The position numbers and the translations under genes are program-made. A stretch of DNA of 50,777 bases, counting the filler, from Catajapyx aquilonaris (lineage: Eukaryota): the NCBI GenBank assembly GCA_000934665.2. It is 2 parts of 2 records of this genome, joined end to end, with 100 filler letters (N's around TTAATTAATTAA, not from the genome) between each part and the next. Parts side by side here need not be neighbours in the genome. Positions count along the whole stretch, not along the records: positions 1 to 25,342 come from KZ539340.1; 1 more part is not named here. One strand, 5' to 3'. Numbering within the stretch: position 1 is the stretch's first letter; each line of letters begins with the position of its first letter. Positions 1 through 10,514 of this stretch are shown piece after piece. The notes beneath the pieces were generated by a model, which saw only the letters and a list, made by a program, of their open reading frames with translations, was not told the origin of the DNA and made no database searches.

Positions 1-947
1 TCTTCCTCCCCTCTCTCCGGCCCAAAAATCCCCAAGCTTTTTTTGCCCCGGGGCGGCCCCTCCACTCCAACCGTGTCCACCACCAGCTCCCTGGCGTACT
101 GTTCCCCCTCTCCTCCCCTGCTCGCCCTTTTCTCCAGCCATCTTCCACTCCTACTCCTTGCTTTTCCTGGAGCGACTCTGCCCCACTGCCGCTACACCTT
201 ATAGCAGCTACGCTTTTGTGGTTCCCTATGATTTTCCCTGAATTACTCAATTACCAGCATAAATTTTATAAAAATAATCCGTCAAGTTAATTTATTTGTG
301 GTGGGAAATATTCATAAGATCTGAGGGAAGCCACCTAAATCCAAATCAGGAGGTGCAGGTCAACACCCTTTTTTGTGGATATGACTTCTATTTTGGTAAG
401 GGGAAAATGACTAGCATTGGCAATTTAATTAGAATTAACCCTAATTAGACCGGGGTCGGGTGGGGGTGTTTGTTGCGTTTTTTTGCAAGAATCTGCAAAA
501 AAATCGCTTGCGTTGTCATTTGAGTAACCACACGACTAATCTAGTAACATGATGTAGTGTCTCGGCTTGATCCTGAGGTCATTTATGGGACCATCTTGCC
601 ATACCATACAGAGATTTAAATTCTTAAAAGCCTCAACAGATGCCGCAGGATTGCATTTCGCACCTACGTATTTTTTTCTCCAACAATTTTTTGTCACCCC
701 TGTGCTGACAAGAAGTATATGTCGCCCTGACGCTGCTGAACAGACCAGTACGCATGAATAATATGTCACAGGACAGTCATACCAGGTACAGAGACAAACA
801 TACACCCCCCACCCAAGTGGAAACTCGCTCCACAGCTGTTCAAAAGCCCCACGGGGCATGCACCCCTCCATCTTGTCAAAGGCCGGGTGGGAGTTGCGCA
901 GTGGCCAGCCAGCCGCTAATTGGCATTTACAAAACATTATTTATTTA

Positions 948-1240
948 CGACGGCGAATCAGAAAGTAATTGAAGACTTTTTTCATTCCGAAGTTTCACTA
1001 GAGAAACTGAAACTGAGATATACTGTACATATGAAAGGGCGAGTCTTCCTCTAATTTTAGACATAGTCACCCTACACTTTGGTGCACTTGTCCCAGCATG
1101 GCACTAGTTTTTCCATTGCCCTGCAGAAAAAAGCGTCCCGCTGGGTGGGAAGCCAGTGGGGGATGGCCTCTTTCACTTCCTCGATGTCATTGACGTTCCG
1201 ACCTCCCAGGTGCTTCTTCATTGGTCCAAAGAGATGGTAG
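948..1240 (-). mobile_element. mariner-type transposon relic: 3' end of transposase plus terminal inverted repeat
   Basis: Minus strand translates YHLFGPMKKHLGGRNVNDIEEVKEAIPHWLPTQRDAFFCRAMEKLVPCWDKCTKV*GDYV*, a mariner transposase C-terminus with stops. It ends in the TIR-like CGACGGCGAATCAGAAAGTAA preceded by TA at 946-947. Confidence 0.8.
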
Positions 1241-1317
1241 ACCAGGGGTACTCAACTAGTTTATGACAAGGTCCAGTATTTACCTTTCCTGGGCCATTGA
1301 AGGTCCAGACTCCTTAG

Positions 1318-1516
1318 ACTAACCACCCAGGGGATTTCACAAAATGACACCCACGACATTGCACTGCTCTTTGCACATTCCCTCATAGTCACCCTGCCTG
1401 TGGGCCCAGGCGTTACACTAAATAGGTACCATGACTGTAAGAACGAATTAAATAACGATCTGTGCAATAGACCCTAATAGGCTGAAAGCACTACCCAGGA
1501 TTCTTCTTATTATTAT
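1318..1516 (+). mobile_element. 5'-truncated SINE-like repeat with (ATT)n tail; second copy at 30804-31003
   Basis: Colinear similarity with 30804-31003 (actaaccaccc..gacattgcactg..ttgcacat..agtcaccctgcc..gcactaccc..attattatga). Preceded at 1243 by a hAT-like terminus CAGGGGTACTCAACT. Confidence 0.55.
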
Positions 1517-2228
1517 GAATCGGCGGGTGAGATCAAAAAATTCGATTACAGGGGATGTCCACCACCATATTCTGCACCAAGAGACATACCTACTGAATTT
1601 TTATTTCAAGTCACCTTCCACCATGCGCCTGTGACATCACTATAACTAAATTATTGTATGTTCAGCTGCACACAGCAGAAATATTTTTTTCCTGCTATTT
1701 TGTGACTTACAATAATATTGATCTCTCCACAAATTCATATGTCAAAGTGATACAGGTGATAGGGGGTGCATATGGAAGCAGCATGGCACAGGTCTGAAAG
1801 GCCAGCCATGCTCCACCTTGGGAGATGCTGACCACTGACATTGATGTTGTCTCCTGGCAAGTGTGAATACCCCATGCATGCCTGCAGTATTGGTTGCCAG
1901 GCTAGGTTGGTTGAGGGACAGTCTGGGAGTGCAGGTGCCTGGCCCCAGCAACCCGTGATGCAAGCATGCACGAAGGTATTCATCCATGTTAGGATAGAGA
2001 CATCGTCAACAGCCTTCAAGATCCATACACATCACTTACCACCCATATTATTTTAGCAAATGAATTCATATACACCAGTCTAGCGCACAAACAAAACCTT
2101 CCTTTTACATTCCTTTGACAGTAAGGGCTTTGTGACATTTACGTATGGTGAGACATTCGAGATGCATTTACCATAATATAATTTCATATTCTGCTCCACA
2201 CAAATATAAGACAAGTGACTGAGCTCAC

Positions 2229-4999
2229 TTCTCAAGGGATGGGTTCTGCTCCAGGTGTCCCTTTATGGCCTTCCGGATCATGGTGTTCTTTCCCATAAGG
2301 ACAATGGCCACTCCTCGCAAAGAAATGCGGATCTGCTGCATTTGCTTTGAGCCCACGTTGTCCGCGCCCACGATGAAGCATTTTGGATATTCGTCCAGGA
2401 GTTGCTGGAATTATGAAACGTGATCAGTTAGGCCTATTTCAACAAATATACAAATAAATAATCGTGATCAAGCATGAATCTTTCAGAGAGTCATATGACA
2501 TGTCACAGGCTGCATATAAATGATAATTTTGACAGGAAGAATACACTTTCATGTGATTTCTGTGGAATTGATGGGTTATGTCCAATGTTTGTATGAATTT
2601 CCTCAGGGTTCTCCAATTTGCTCCCACAATCTTAATCCATCACCACTGAGTGTAACAGAATAAAGTTGTAAAGAAAATAGGATGCCCTAGGAAGCGGTAT
2701 GCTTATCATTTACTCTTGATTATTAAGAGGTAGAACAATCATCATACCAATGAACCAAAGCAAAGTACCTATATTCACACCGTCACACCATCACACCACG
2801 TGCATATTTCGAGCATCATGGAGTGAACTACCAGCTAATCCCATGTACTTTAAGCAGGTAGTCTGATTAATGATCTTGCATGAAGAACGTTGCTATTTAC
2901 AAGTAATCAATTGTAGTATATAAATGAACTGGCATCTTCCCAGCCTGGCAAATGGTGATTCTGTCCTCAATTGTGGGAGAAGAACGCGCTCAAAGTTGAA
3001 CAGTCAGGCTGTTCCCCATGGCAATCATAATATTGTTGCCGCATCTTCCAGAGCTTTTGTATCGAGTGTTTGTCTGGGCTTTACATGGGAGGCTCTCATA
3101 GGGACACACGAATTGCTGAGGTTGCGCAGGATTGAAGGGTTATGCATGAGCTTGGCCACCATGATGTTATCACCTGAGGTGATCTTAGAATCAATACCCC
3201 ACCTCTGTTGCAAAATACTCAAAATGTCCCATGGGGTTAGTTACATGGAGTCAAATGAGGGTTTTTGTTGTTGTTGGGAATGTATTCATATTCCCAGTAC
3301 ATGGCAGGCCAAGGACCTCCCAAAAAGTATGGGCTTTATACAGTGGTGCATAGATATGCAGTTGGAAAAATGATCAGGTTAATGTAGATAAGGAGTAATT
3401 ACTTTTTGGGAGGTTAGGTGATGTTAATTGAGGCATTGACATGGGAAAGGGCATAAGTCACAAAGAGAAACTTGCCTCACAAAAAAAAGGGGGGGGGGGT
3501 TACATTTAAATGCTAATACTCACTGTTTTGATTGGACTTTTAATGACTTTCTGTAACAAAATCCAACAATAAGAAAGTTTGTGTGTAATAAAATCCTATT
3601 CATGGTGTCTCAAAAATGCTTGCTTTCCCTAGCCCCCATAAAAAAATATTTTTCAACTTGTGTCCTTTCCCATGTCAAAACCTCAATTATTTAGGCAGGG
3701 TTTTATAACAGCGCAATGTGTTCCAAGTGTCAGGGATATTTTTTGTTATCGCTAATATTGCTTTTTTTTCTTTTTTTTTTGGTAGCTTGCTGCACCCCAA
3801 TCCAGGTGCCCAATTAAGGCCGGTATCCACGTATGAGATTCTCGCATAAGAGGAGCCGCGAGGAGCCAACTGCGCATGCCCAGATACGAGAAAGTTGAAA
3901 ATTTTCAACTTTTTCCCCTTTCCTCGTATCTGGGCATGCGCAGTTGGCTCCTCGCGGCTCCTCGTATGCGAGAATCTCGTACGTGGATACCGGCCTTTAC
4001 TCTCAGGTGGTTGATAGAGCAGTTTTCTATATAATAAGGGCCTTGGATTGGGTTTAAGTTTATTGAGAAGAAGCCAAAGCAACTATGGCTATCTGGCTGT
4101 ATGAAGACGCAAAGGTGGGACAGATGGAGAGAGAAACGAAGAGGAAAAAGAAGCGAGGAAAGACTGGTATCTCTCTTAGTCTGTCTCCTATCCCAAAGAC
4201 CTGTCCGGCTTGGGTGGCCCTGCCAGTAGACGAAGCTACCCGCGGCATAGCTCTTGGGGTCACGGGAGAAACGAAAACCACACCACCACGATAAGGTGGA
4301 GATACCATCGGGGGGGCCTTGGATTTGTACACAACAAGCTACAAAAAAATAATAGCTCTGACATGTGAGTGACATTCCCTATAACTGAAGAGACCCACCC
4401 ACACACTTGGAACCGAGCTTGGAACACACCCTGGATTTGGCTCTGCCGATGGAGAACTGTGTGAATGTGCTCCAGACCCAGCTGCTGGGGAAAGGGCGGT
4501 TTGGGTTGGTTCAGATGGTTTTCGCCCAAATCCAACTGATAACCATGCACGACGGCAGTGCCAATCCGGGATGGAGGAGGCTCATTAAGTGCATGGCCAT
4601 CTCCATAAGGCTAGGGTATGAGTTGCAGGGGGCTGGTGGGGATCCACATCACAATGCATGAAGCCCTTCCTTCCCCACAGTTGAGTTGAGAATCGCATGT
4701 GCCAGTTCAGCAGCAAACCCAGACAGGCTGCAACTTCAAGTAAACGTGTGATTGTGCGCTCGGACTGCCATTCGGCCCCGATATTTCAGTTCCAGCTGCC
4801 CACAGCGGTGGGTTCTACCATTTCTGGCTCCGCCGTGTTGCCCCTTGTGAGAGCAGCAGCCAGAGTCAACGCATGGGTCCTCGTCATTGCGCACCACGTA
4901 ACACACCCGCACACATACCTATCCCCCATTACTGCACATACTCACAATGAGCTTGGTGAAGTAGTTCGCCTTCCACGTGGCCTTATCCTCCCTACCCAT
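2229..4999 (-). CDS. RPLP0: 60S acidic ribosomal protein P0 (uL10), first two coding exons; rest of gene not seen in window
   Basis: Exon 4999-4946 encodes [18 protein letters not shown] (GTGAGT donor). Exon 2404-2229 encodes [58 protein letters not shown](K) (CAG acceptor, GTGAGC donor). A 5'UTR intron lies at 5043-5269. Confidence 0.96.
3817..3996. mobile_element. PIF/Harbinger-type MITE, almost fully palindromic
   Basis: Termini AGGCCGGTATCCACGTA...TACGTGGATACCGGCCT, about 74-bp inverted arms, TTA at 3814-3816 and 3997-3999 as a 3-bp TSD. Confidence 0.85.
4050..4313 (-). mobile_element. short non-autonomous retroelement with RTE-like 5' head (copy 1)
   Basis: Closely similar to 29490-29857. 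Flanked by direct repeat GGGCCTTGGATT (4038-4049, 4314-4325). The head motif TGACCCCAAGAGCTATGC...AGGGCCACCCAAGCCGGACAGGTC resembles the conserved RTE/BovB/Expander 5' region. Confidence 0.8.
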
Positions 5000-5269
5000 C
5001 TTGCAATAAGTGAAGTAGGGATCACGTTCGGTGGTTTAAGGACTGAAAAGATGGGGGAAAGGGGACATCAATTTTCCATCCTCGTCCGGCCAACCAGCAT
5101 GGCCAGTATTTCAACCTCCCCTGAAACCGGTACGCCCGTCATCCGGGGCCAATTCCATGTCCCCAGTGGTGAGGGGCGACCCGGCCGGTTCATATTCGGG
5201 GTGGACTGGCCCCCACCGCGGGCAGGGGAGTGCCCGATGTGGGCAGATTTCGACCTGAGCACAACTCAC

Positions 5270-5350
5270 CTCGGCAAACTCCACGGCAGCAATGGCGACC
5301 GGCAGTTCCGTTGTCAGCGTCCAACTTCCGCCTCCCGCGACGTCACATCC
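5270..5350 (-). promoter_or_regulatory. RPLP0 first non-coding exon and proximal promoter
   Basis: GTGAGT donor at 5269-5264. Upstream on the minus strand are YY1-like CGCCAT, ETS-like CGGAAG and CRE-like GTGACGTC motifs typical of housekeeping promoters. The TSS cannot be determined. Confidence 0.5.
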
Positions 5351-8079
5351 TACCATATTCAAATCTATCGCTATTAATTTAACTCACCAATTATCGCTTT
5401 CACGCATATTTGAGTGCGTTATTATTTTAGCGCGTACTTTAACCACAAACCATTTATGCGTGACATGTGCAACGAAAATATCGCCGGCCATCTTGCTACA
5501 GTCTCCGACTAGATGTACCGTAGTGGTTCAATACGGTACCAGAACTGCCGGGTTCATTAGCATTGCGCACCTACTCGACCGTCAAGCATTGTCATGCGTG
5601 TAAAGTTGCCCTTTTGTCATCTTTAGAGGAAGTGCTAAATCTCGACCCTCCCTATAATTAAAATCGCTTCAGTAGAAAAGTCATCCACCATGATTCCACA
5701 ATAGTAAAAAAAAAAAAAAAATGCCGAAAAAGTCGCTGTAAATCACACGACAATACATCTAGCTACCATTTATATGTGCGCTTTATTTTTATTTTTGCAG
5801 CATTTCACATGTGAAAACAACCTTTACCGGCCGGGCAAATTTCACCGGCTCCCTTCAGATAGCCGAAAACCTTGTCCAGCTTGGTTACGCATTTTTTTGT
5901 GTTGTCGATCGAGGGCAACAACCTTCCTCCGCTCCCTTCAGCCCGAGTTGTATCCCTCCGGTGGGTCCTCCATTCCATTTGTTTGGACCTAGCTTTCCCG
6001 TATAGTATATATTTCCTGCGATTCACAACAAAAGTATCGCAGTGGGTCGGCCTGTCGTAATCGCCACCCTCATTAACACCCCCCTGGCGATATTGCGCGA
6101 TAATCCCTCCTCCATGTACAGTCCCATTGTGCCGTACTGACAGTCAACAAAATAAAAACCCTGTCCTTGTGACGTAAGGGATAATCTCATCATGGTGGGG
6201 GGAAAACCAGTCGTCAACAAAAAGGAGATTTAAAAAGAAAGGCAGTTGGCAAACCTGGTGATAGTTTTTCCTCGGGGCAAAAATGAAGGGGCAGGGCTCG
6301 GTGGAGGTCACGAGCGAGGCGGGCATTTCCTGTGAGCATTTTGCAGGGGAGGGAGTAGAAGTGAGACAAGAGGTCGGCGCACTTTTGTCGCATCATGTAA
6401 ACAAGCACACGGGCCGCACCGTTGCCCGATTTACAGTACCGGTATCGCAACAACAAACCGGCTACTTTGCCGGTTATTGCGAAGTAGCGAGACGTTCCTG
6501 GCGTGCCGGTGGCCTATCGGGTATTCCGGGGGGTATCGAAAGCACTGCGTGTTTGTCAATATTGTAGTGGTCGTCAGTCGTTGGGTTTGGTACCAGCACC
6601 GGACAAATGATGGGTTAGGTGCGGGATCGATAGTAAACATCCATTGTTGACGACCACTTGTTGTGGATTTACTATCACCCGGTGGTATTGTAAAAACCAG
6701 CGCAGTTGCAGAAAGCGGTTGATTGACCTGGTCGGAAGAGTTAATTGTTGTATCTGTGGCCAAAGACAAAGTGTGGTGATGTGTCACGTTTAGTACATTG
6801 ATGGGTGTCGGTGTACTGAAAGTGGCCGATTAAGCACCGGTATATTATGTGCTATGCTGAAGGTGTTGACTAACAAGGCGCGCAGAATGGACCATAAGTC
6901 ACGCACCCTATAAATTTCTTAAGGGACTCATAAATCATTAGCACGGCAATGGATATTTGACGCATAAAACCTTGAAGCATGAACAAAATGCAATTATAGG
7001 CAAAGTTCTCTTACAATGTATCATAAGAACGTCGAAATGCCGAAGGTAACTGAGTAGTTCATTTTTTAAGTCAACAAGTCAGCAGTCTAAATATACAGCA
7101 TTTGACTCCACATTGTGGTTTGATACCAAGGACTGCTTTAAAATCCCACAAAAAGTCAGTCAGGCATTGTAAACGCAAACAGGCTTATATTGGTAAAAGA
7201 CGAATATTATACAAATGTTGACACCGTCCAACTATTATTTCAGCAACCTATTTAGATAACAACTTCTGGATAACCTTTGTCAGAACACCCGCATTTGACG
7301 TTTTCATCAACATGATACAATCATCGCAATTACACCTTATCGGCTCCCCCGTATATATACTGCATAAATTACAGCATGAGGCCCAATTTTCACAGAATAC
7401 AGTGTATCAATTCGCACCCATGGATTCGCATGTTACACAGTAATAATACTCCACTACATATGCAAACTAGTTGCACTTCGCACTATTTATTTTTGGTAAT
7501 CAGTCCTCTCTGTGTACATATTATTGGAGCCAATGCAACACCATTCAAGTAGTGCAATTTACACAAATTTATAGGGTCATCAGCAAAATACGTCACTCTG
7601 ATTTTGGCACAATACACTTAGGCAACAACGTGGAGTTCGTCTTGGAATCAATACCTAATCGTTTCTTTCAAGAGTATATTGATACATGTGAAACAAAACG
7701 GATGGGAACGGAACAGAGGGGCGTGGGAGCAGTTCAATCGTGACGTCACAGTCGGTCGAAGCCCCCTTCCCCTTCTAGCTTCTACACCCACGTCACGGCC
7801 CGTCACACTTGCATCAACCCCCTCCCATTTACTGATGTCCTTTTTTAATGACCCCTTGCATTTAAAAAATGGCACATGCAGTAGGTGATAAATAATTTAA
7901 ATTATGAATGTATATATAAATCCAAGACACCCACTTTATCAGTTCACACACCAAAAAATACACATCACTTAAATTTGTGTTCATTTGCTTTATGTTCGTC
8001 CTTGAATGTTGTTTTCCTTCGTTGTGATTGGTAAGATGAGCGAGGTTCACAGTAGTATAGTGAACGGCACCTGTGGGCA

Positions 8080-10514
8080 TCATGACCGCCGGTAGGCGTG
8101 TTCCAGAAGGCTGTCCCTGACTGACCCCAGCATCTTAAAGGCTTCTTCCGCCCCCGGGGCCGAGTTCTTGTCCGGATGGAGCAAGATGGCCAGACGCCGG
8201 TACGCCCGGGTCACCTCCTCTCTGCATGCCAATTTAGACAGCGGAATTAACACCATTAAAAACCTGCCTACATTTCATGAAGCATGTAACGGCCCGGCTG
8301 CGTGCATTGTTATCATTATTACTGTACATAATCACTGTATGATAGAGACGTGATCACAATAATGGCTCTGATGCTCTTGGTCTCTTGCACTGCTGCGATT
8401 ACTTCCTTTGTGCATGCGACAGTGGGCAGTTGCGTATATTATACAGTCAAAGCCGGCAAAACACGTGCCCAAGGCGAAACACGAGGTCATCTTACACATT
8501 TGCATACAAATGTGCGCACATTCGTATATATTTACGCCACTTATTTTGGTGAGTGTCGTTCATATTGCAGGAAACATGCGAGGAGAAAGTCAAACATGTG
8601 ATTGAATCTACAATGTAGTTCGGGGGCTTCGGGCCGGTATGTGTAAGGTCGCCGGTATACAGGCTTAATGTGTTTAAAATGACACAAAGCAAGGTCGGTT
8701 TTACTGCATCACAAAATGAAAGCGGGCACATTGTAGGAGGCCGTACCATGGTAGATGCGCCCACAAAAGCTTAACTATTGAAAATATTGCCAAGGATAGT
8801 GCGTCCCCAGGGGATGTATTTCAAAGCAATGCATAAACCAAAACGGAGTCAAGGCTTATCCTATCATAGTATGCAACCAAACGTCCTTTCTAATTCGCCA
8901 AGACGTATACGCACCTAGTTGCTCCTCGTCTGAGACCCAGCTTTTCGTAGGGATCCTTTCCATTGCGCACTTGGCTGATGGCTAAGAACTGCTCTTTGGT
9001 GTGCTTACTAGCTGTGTCTGGTCGGAAGGTACCGCGGTTGTGGTCCGCAGTAATCGGGTCTTGTACCCTGTCGAGCACCCCTGCGAACAGAGCCTGACAA
9101 CCGAATTAGTGGGTACGGTATAGACCTGGGATGGGTGTCCACAAACCTCGAAGGCCTCCATGATGCCGGTACCACTCATAGCTGACACCTCGAAGTACTT
9201 GAAACCCTGGAGGTCGGCCCAAAGACGCCCTTCGGACTCTTCGATGACCCTCTTCTCCGGTGACTCCGTCTTGTTCGCGAGCAAGATCACGGTCACATGT
9301 TCGAGTTCAGAGATTCTAAGGGACATGTGCAATCAGGCACAGTAAATTGATGGGACACACAACATGCTAAAATGGACAACTGACCCGCCCATTTCTCGTC
9401 TCATCTCGGACAACCACGTGTCAAGTGCGTCGAAGCTGTAGGAATCGGTCACATCGAAGACCAAAAATGCGCCTTGGGTTTCCCTGTAGAAGTCGTTACG
9501 GACATCGTAGAAAACAGCGTCTCCAGACATGTCGAAGATGTTGACTCGGATGTCTCGGGCAGCACTTCTGGACACGCTGGCTCCGAAGTCGATTCCGATG
9601 GTTGGAAGATATTTGGGTACGAAGCGCTTCTCGCAAAAGCGCTTGATGATGCAGGTCTGCAAAGAGTACCCCTGCTTACGCAACCTGGAGCTCTTATTGT
9701 ACTTTTCATAATAAACTACGAGCCGGTTGTATGAATACAAAAAGGAAACGCTATTAAAATGCACATAATCAGATATTTTCATTTGATTGATGTCTAAATG
9801 TACTTGGTAAATGGCGAAAATTGACAGTGCAAGTGGTGATGAAACGCCCTTCAAATGACTTCATTTATTTAGCCGGCTATTTCTCAACATCCTGCTACTA
9901 GTTTTATCAACACAGTTGGCCCAATAGTGAGTAATTATTTTTTCCCGTCAGAGTAAAATACTTTCCCCACTAAATAAGGGGCCGTGCTATAACGCAGTTT
10001 CGCGTAATGTAGGTCGTACCCGGTTAACGGTACTGCCATACGGAACCGCGCATTCAACTTTATACTTCAAAAATGGCCAATAACTTCTAACACCTGGCAA
10101 GGATCAACCTGTAAAACAATGCCAGGGTTAACCAGGCTGTTACTCATCATCATGGGCGACCACCGAGGCCTAAACCGGAATATCAAAAAAACCAATTTTA
10201 ACAACACCCCCCCTTATATGGACCATGGGCGTGGTGAAATGGAGCGAAATGTTTTAGGCGTAATTATATCGACGGAGAAGTTTTAAAAATAAGTCACATG
10301 GCTGACGGGAGGCGTGCTATTTCCGGACCGGAGGAAAAGGGGGGTGAGGTATGGTCTAAACAAGCATTGCAAAACTAGGTTTACACTAGAGTTTGACCTC
10401 AAAAATATATGAACAACCAACCTTGCCCACACCAGCATTTCCGATGGCGATCATCTTCATCCGGATCGCCTTCTTGCGCGTGGTAGACTGTTGCTTAGGG
10501 TTCCTTTCCGCCAT
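8080..10514 (-). CDS. DNAJC27: DnaJ homolog subfamily C member 27 (Rbj; RJL-family GTPase fused to J domain), 284 aa, 5 exons
   Basis: Exons 10514-10422, 9656-9385, 9315-9147, 9093-8915 and 8221-8080 are all GT-AG and phase-consistent (855 nt). Motifs GNAGVGK|TCIIKRFCEKRFVPKYLPTIGIDFG, VNIFDMSG, ESEGRLWA, FEVSA, and C-terminal J domain AYRRLAILLHPDKNSAPGAEEAFK. Confidence 0.96.

Noticed and set aside
1735..2019. Overlapping short ORFs as a possible next RPLP0 exon
   Set aside because: No frame gives the expected LLPHIxGNVGFVF continuation. At most this is a very decayed transposase remnant.
2640..2746. Box C (ATGATGA, minus strand) in an RPLP0 intron as a possible C/D snoRNA
   Set aside because: No box D (CTGA) at suitable distance and no terminal stem seen.
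4697..5377. 226-aa plus-strand ORF
   Set aside because: Antisense to RPLP0 exons and its GC-rich promoter, with no recognisable domain.
6629..6676. GATAGTAAA..TCCA / TGGATTTACTATC hairpin as a miRNA
   Set aside because: Only about 13 bp of stem with a bulge and a large loop; no known mature sequence.
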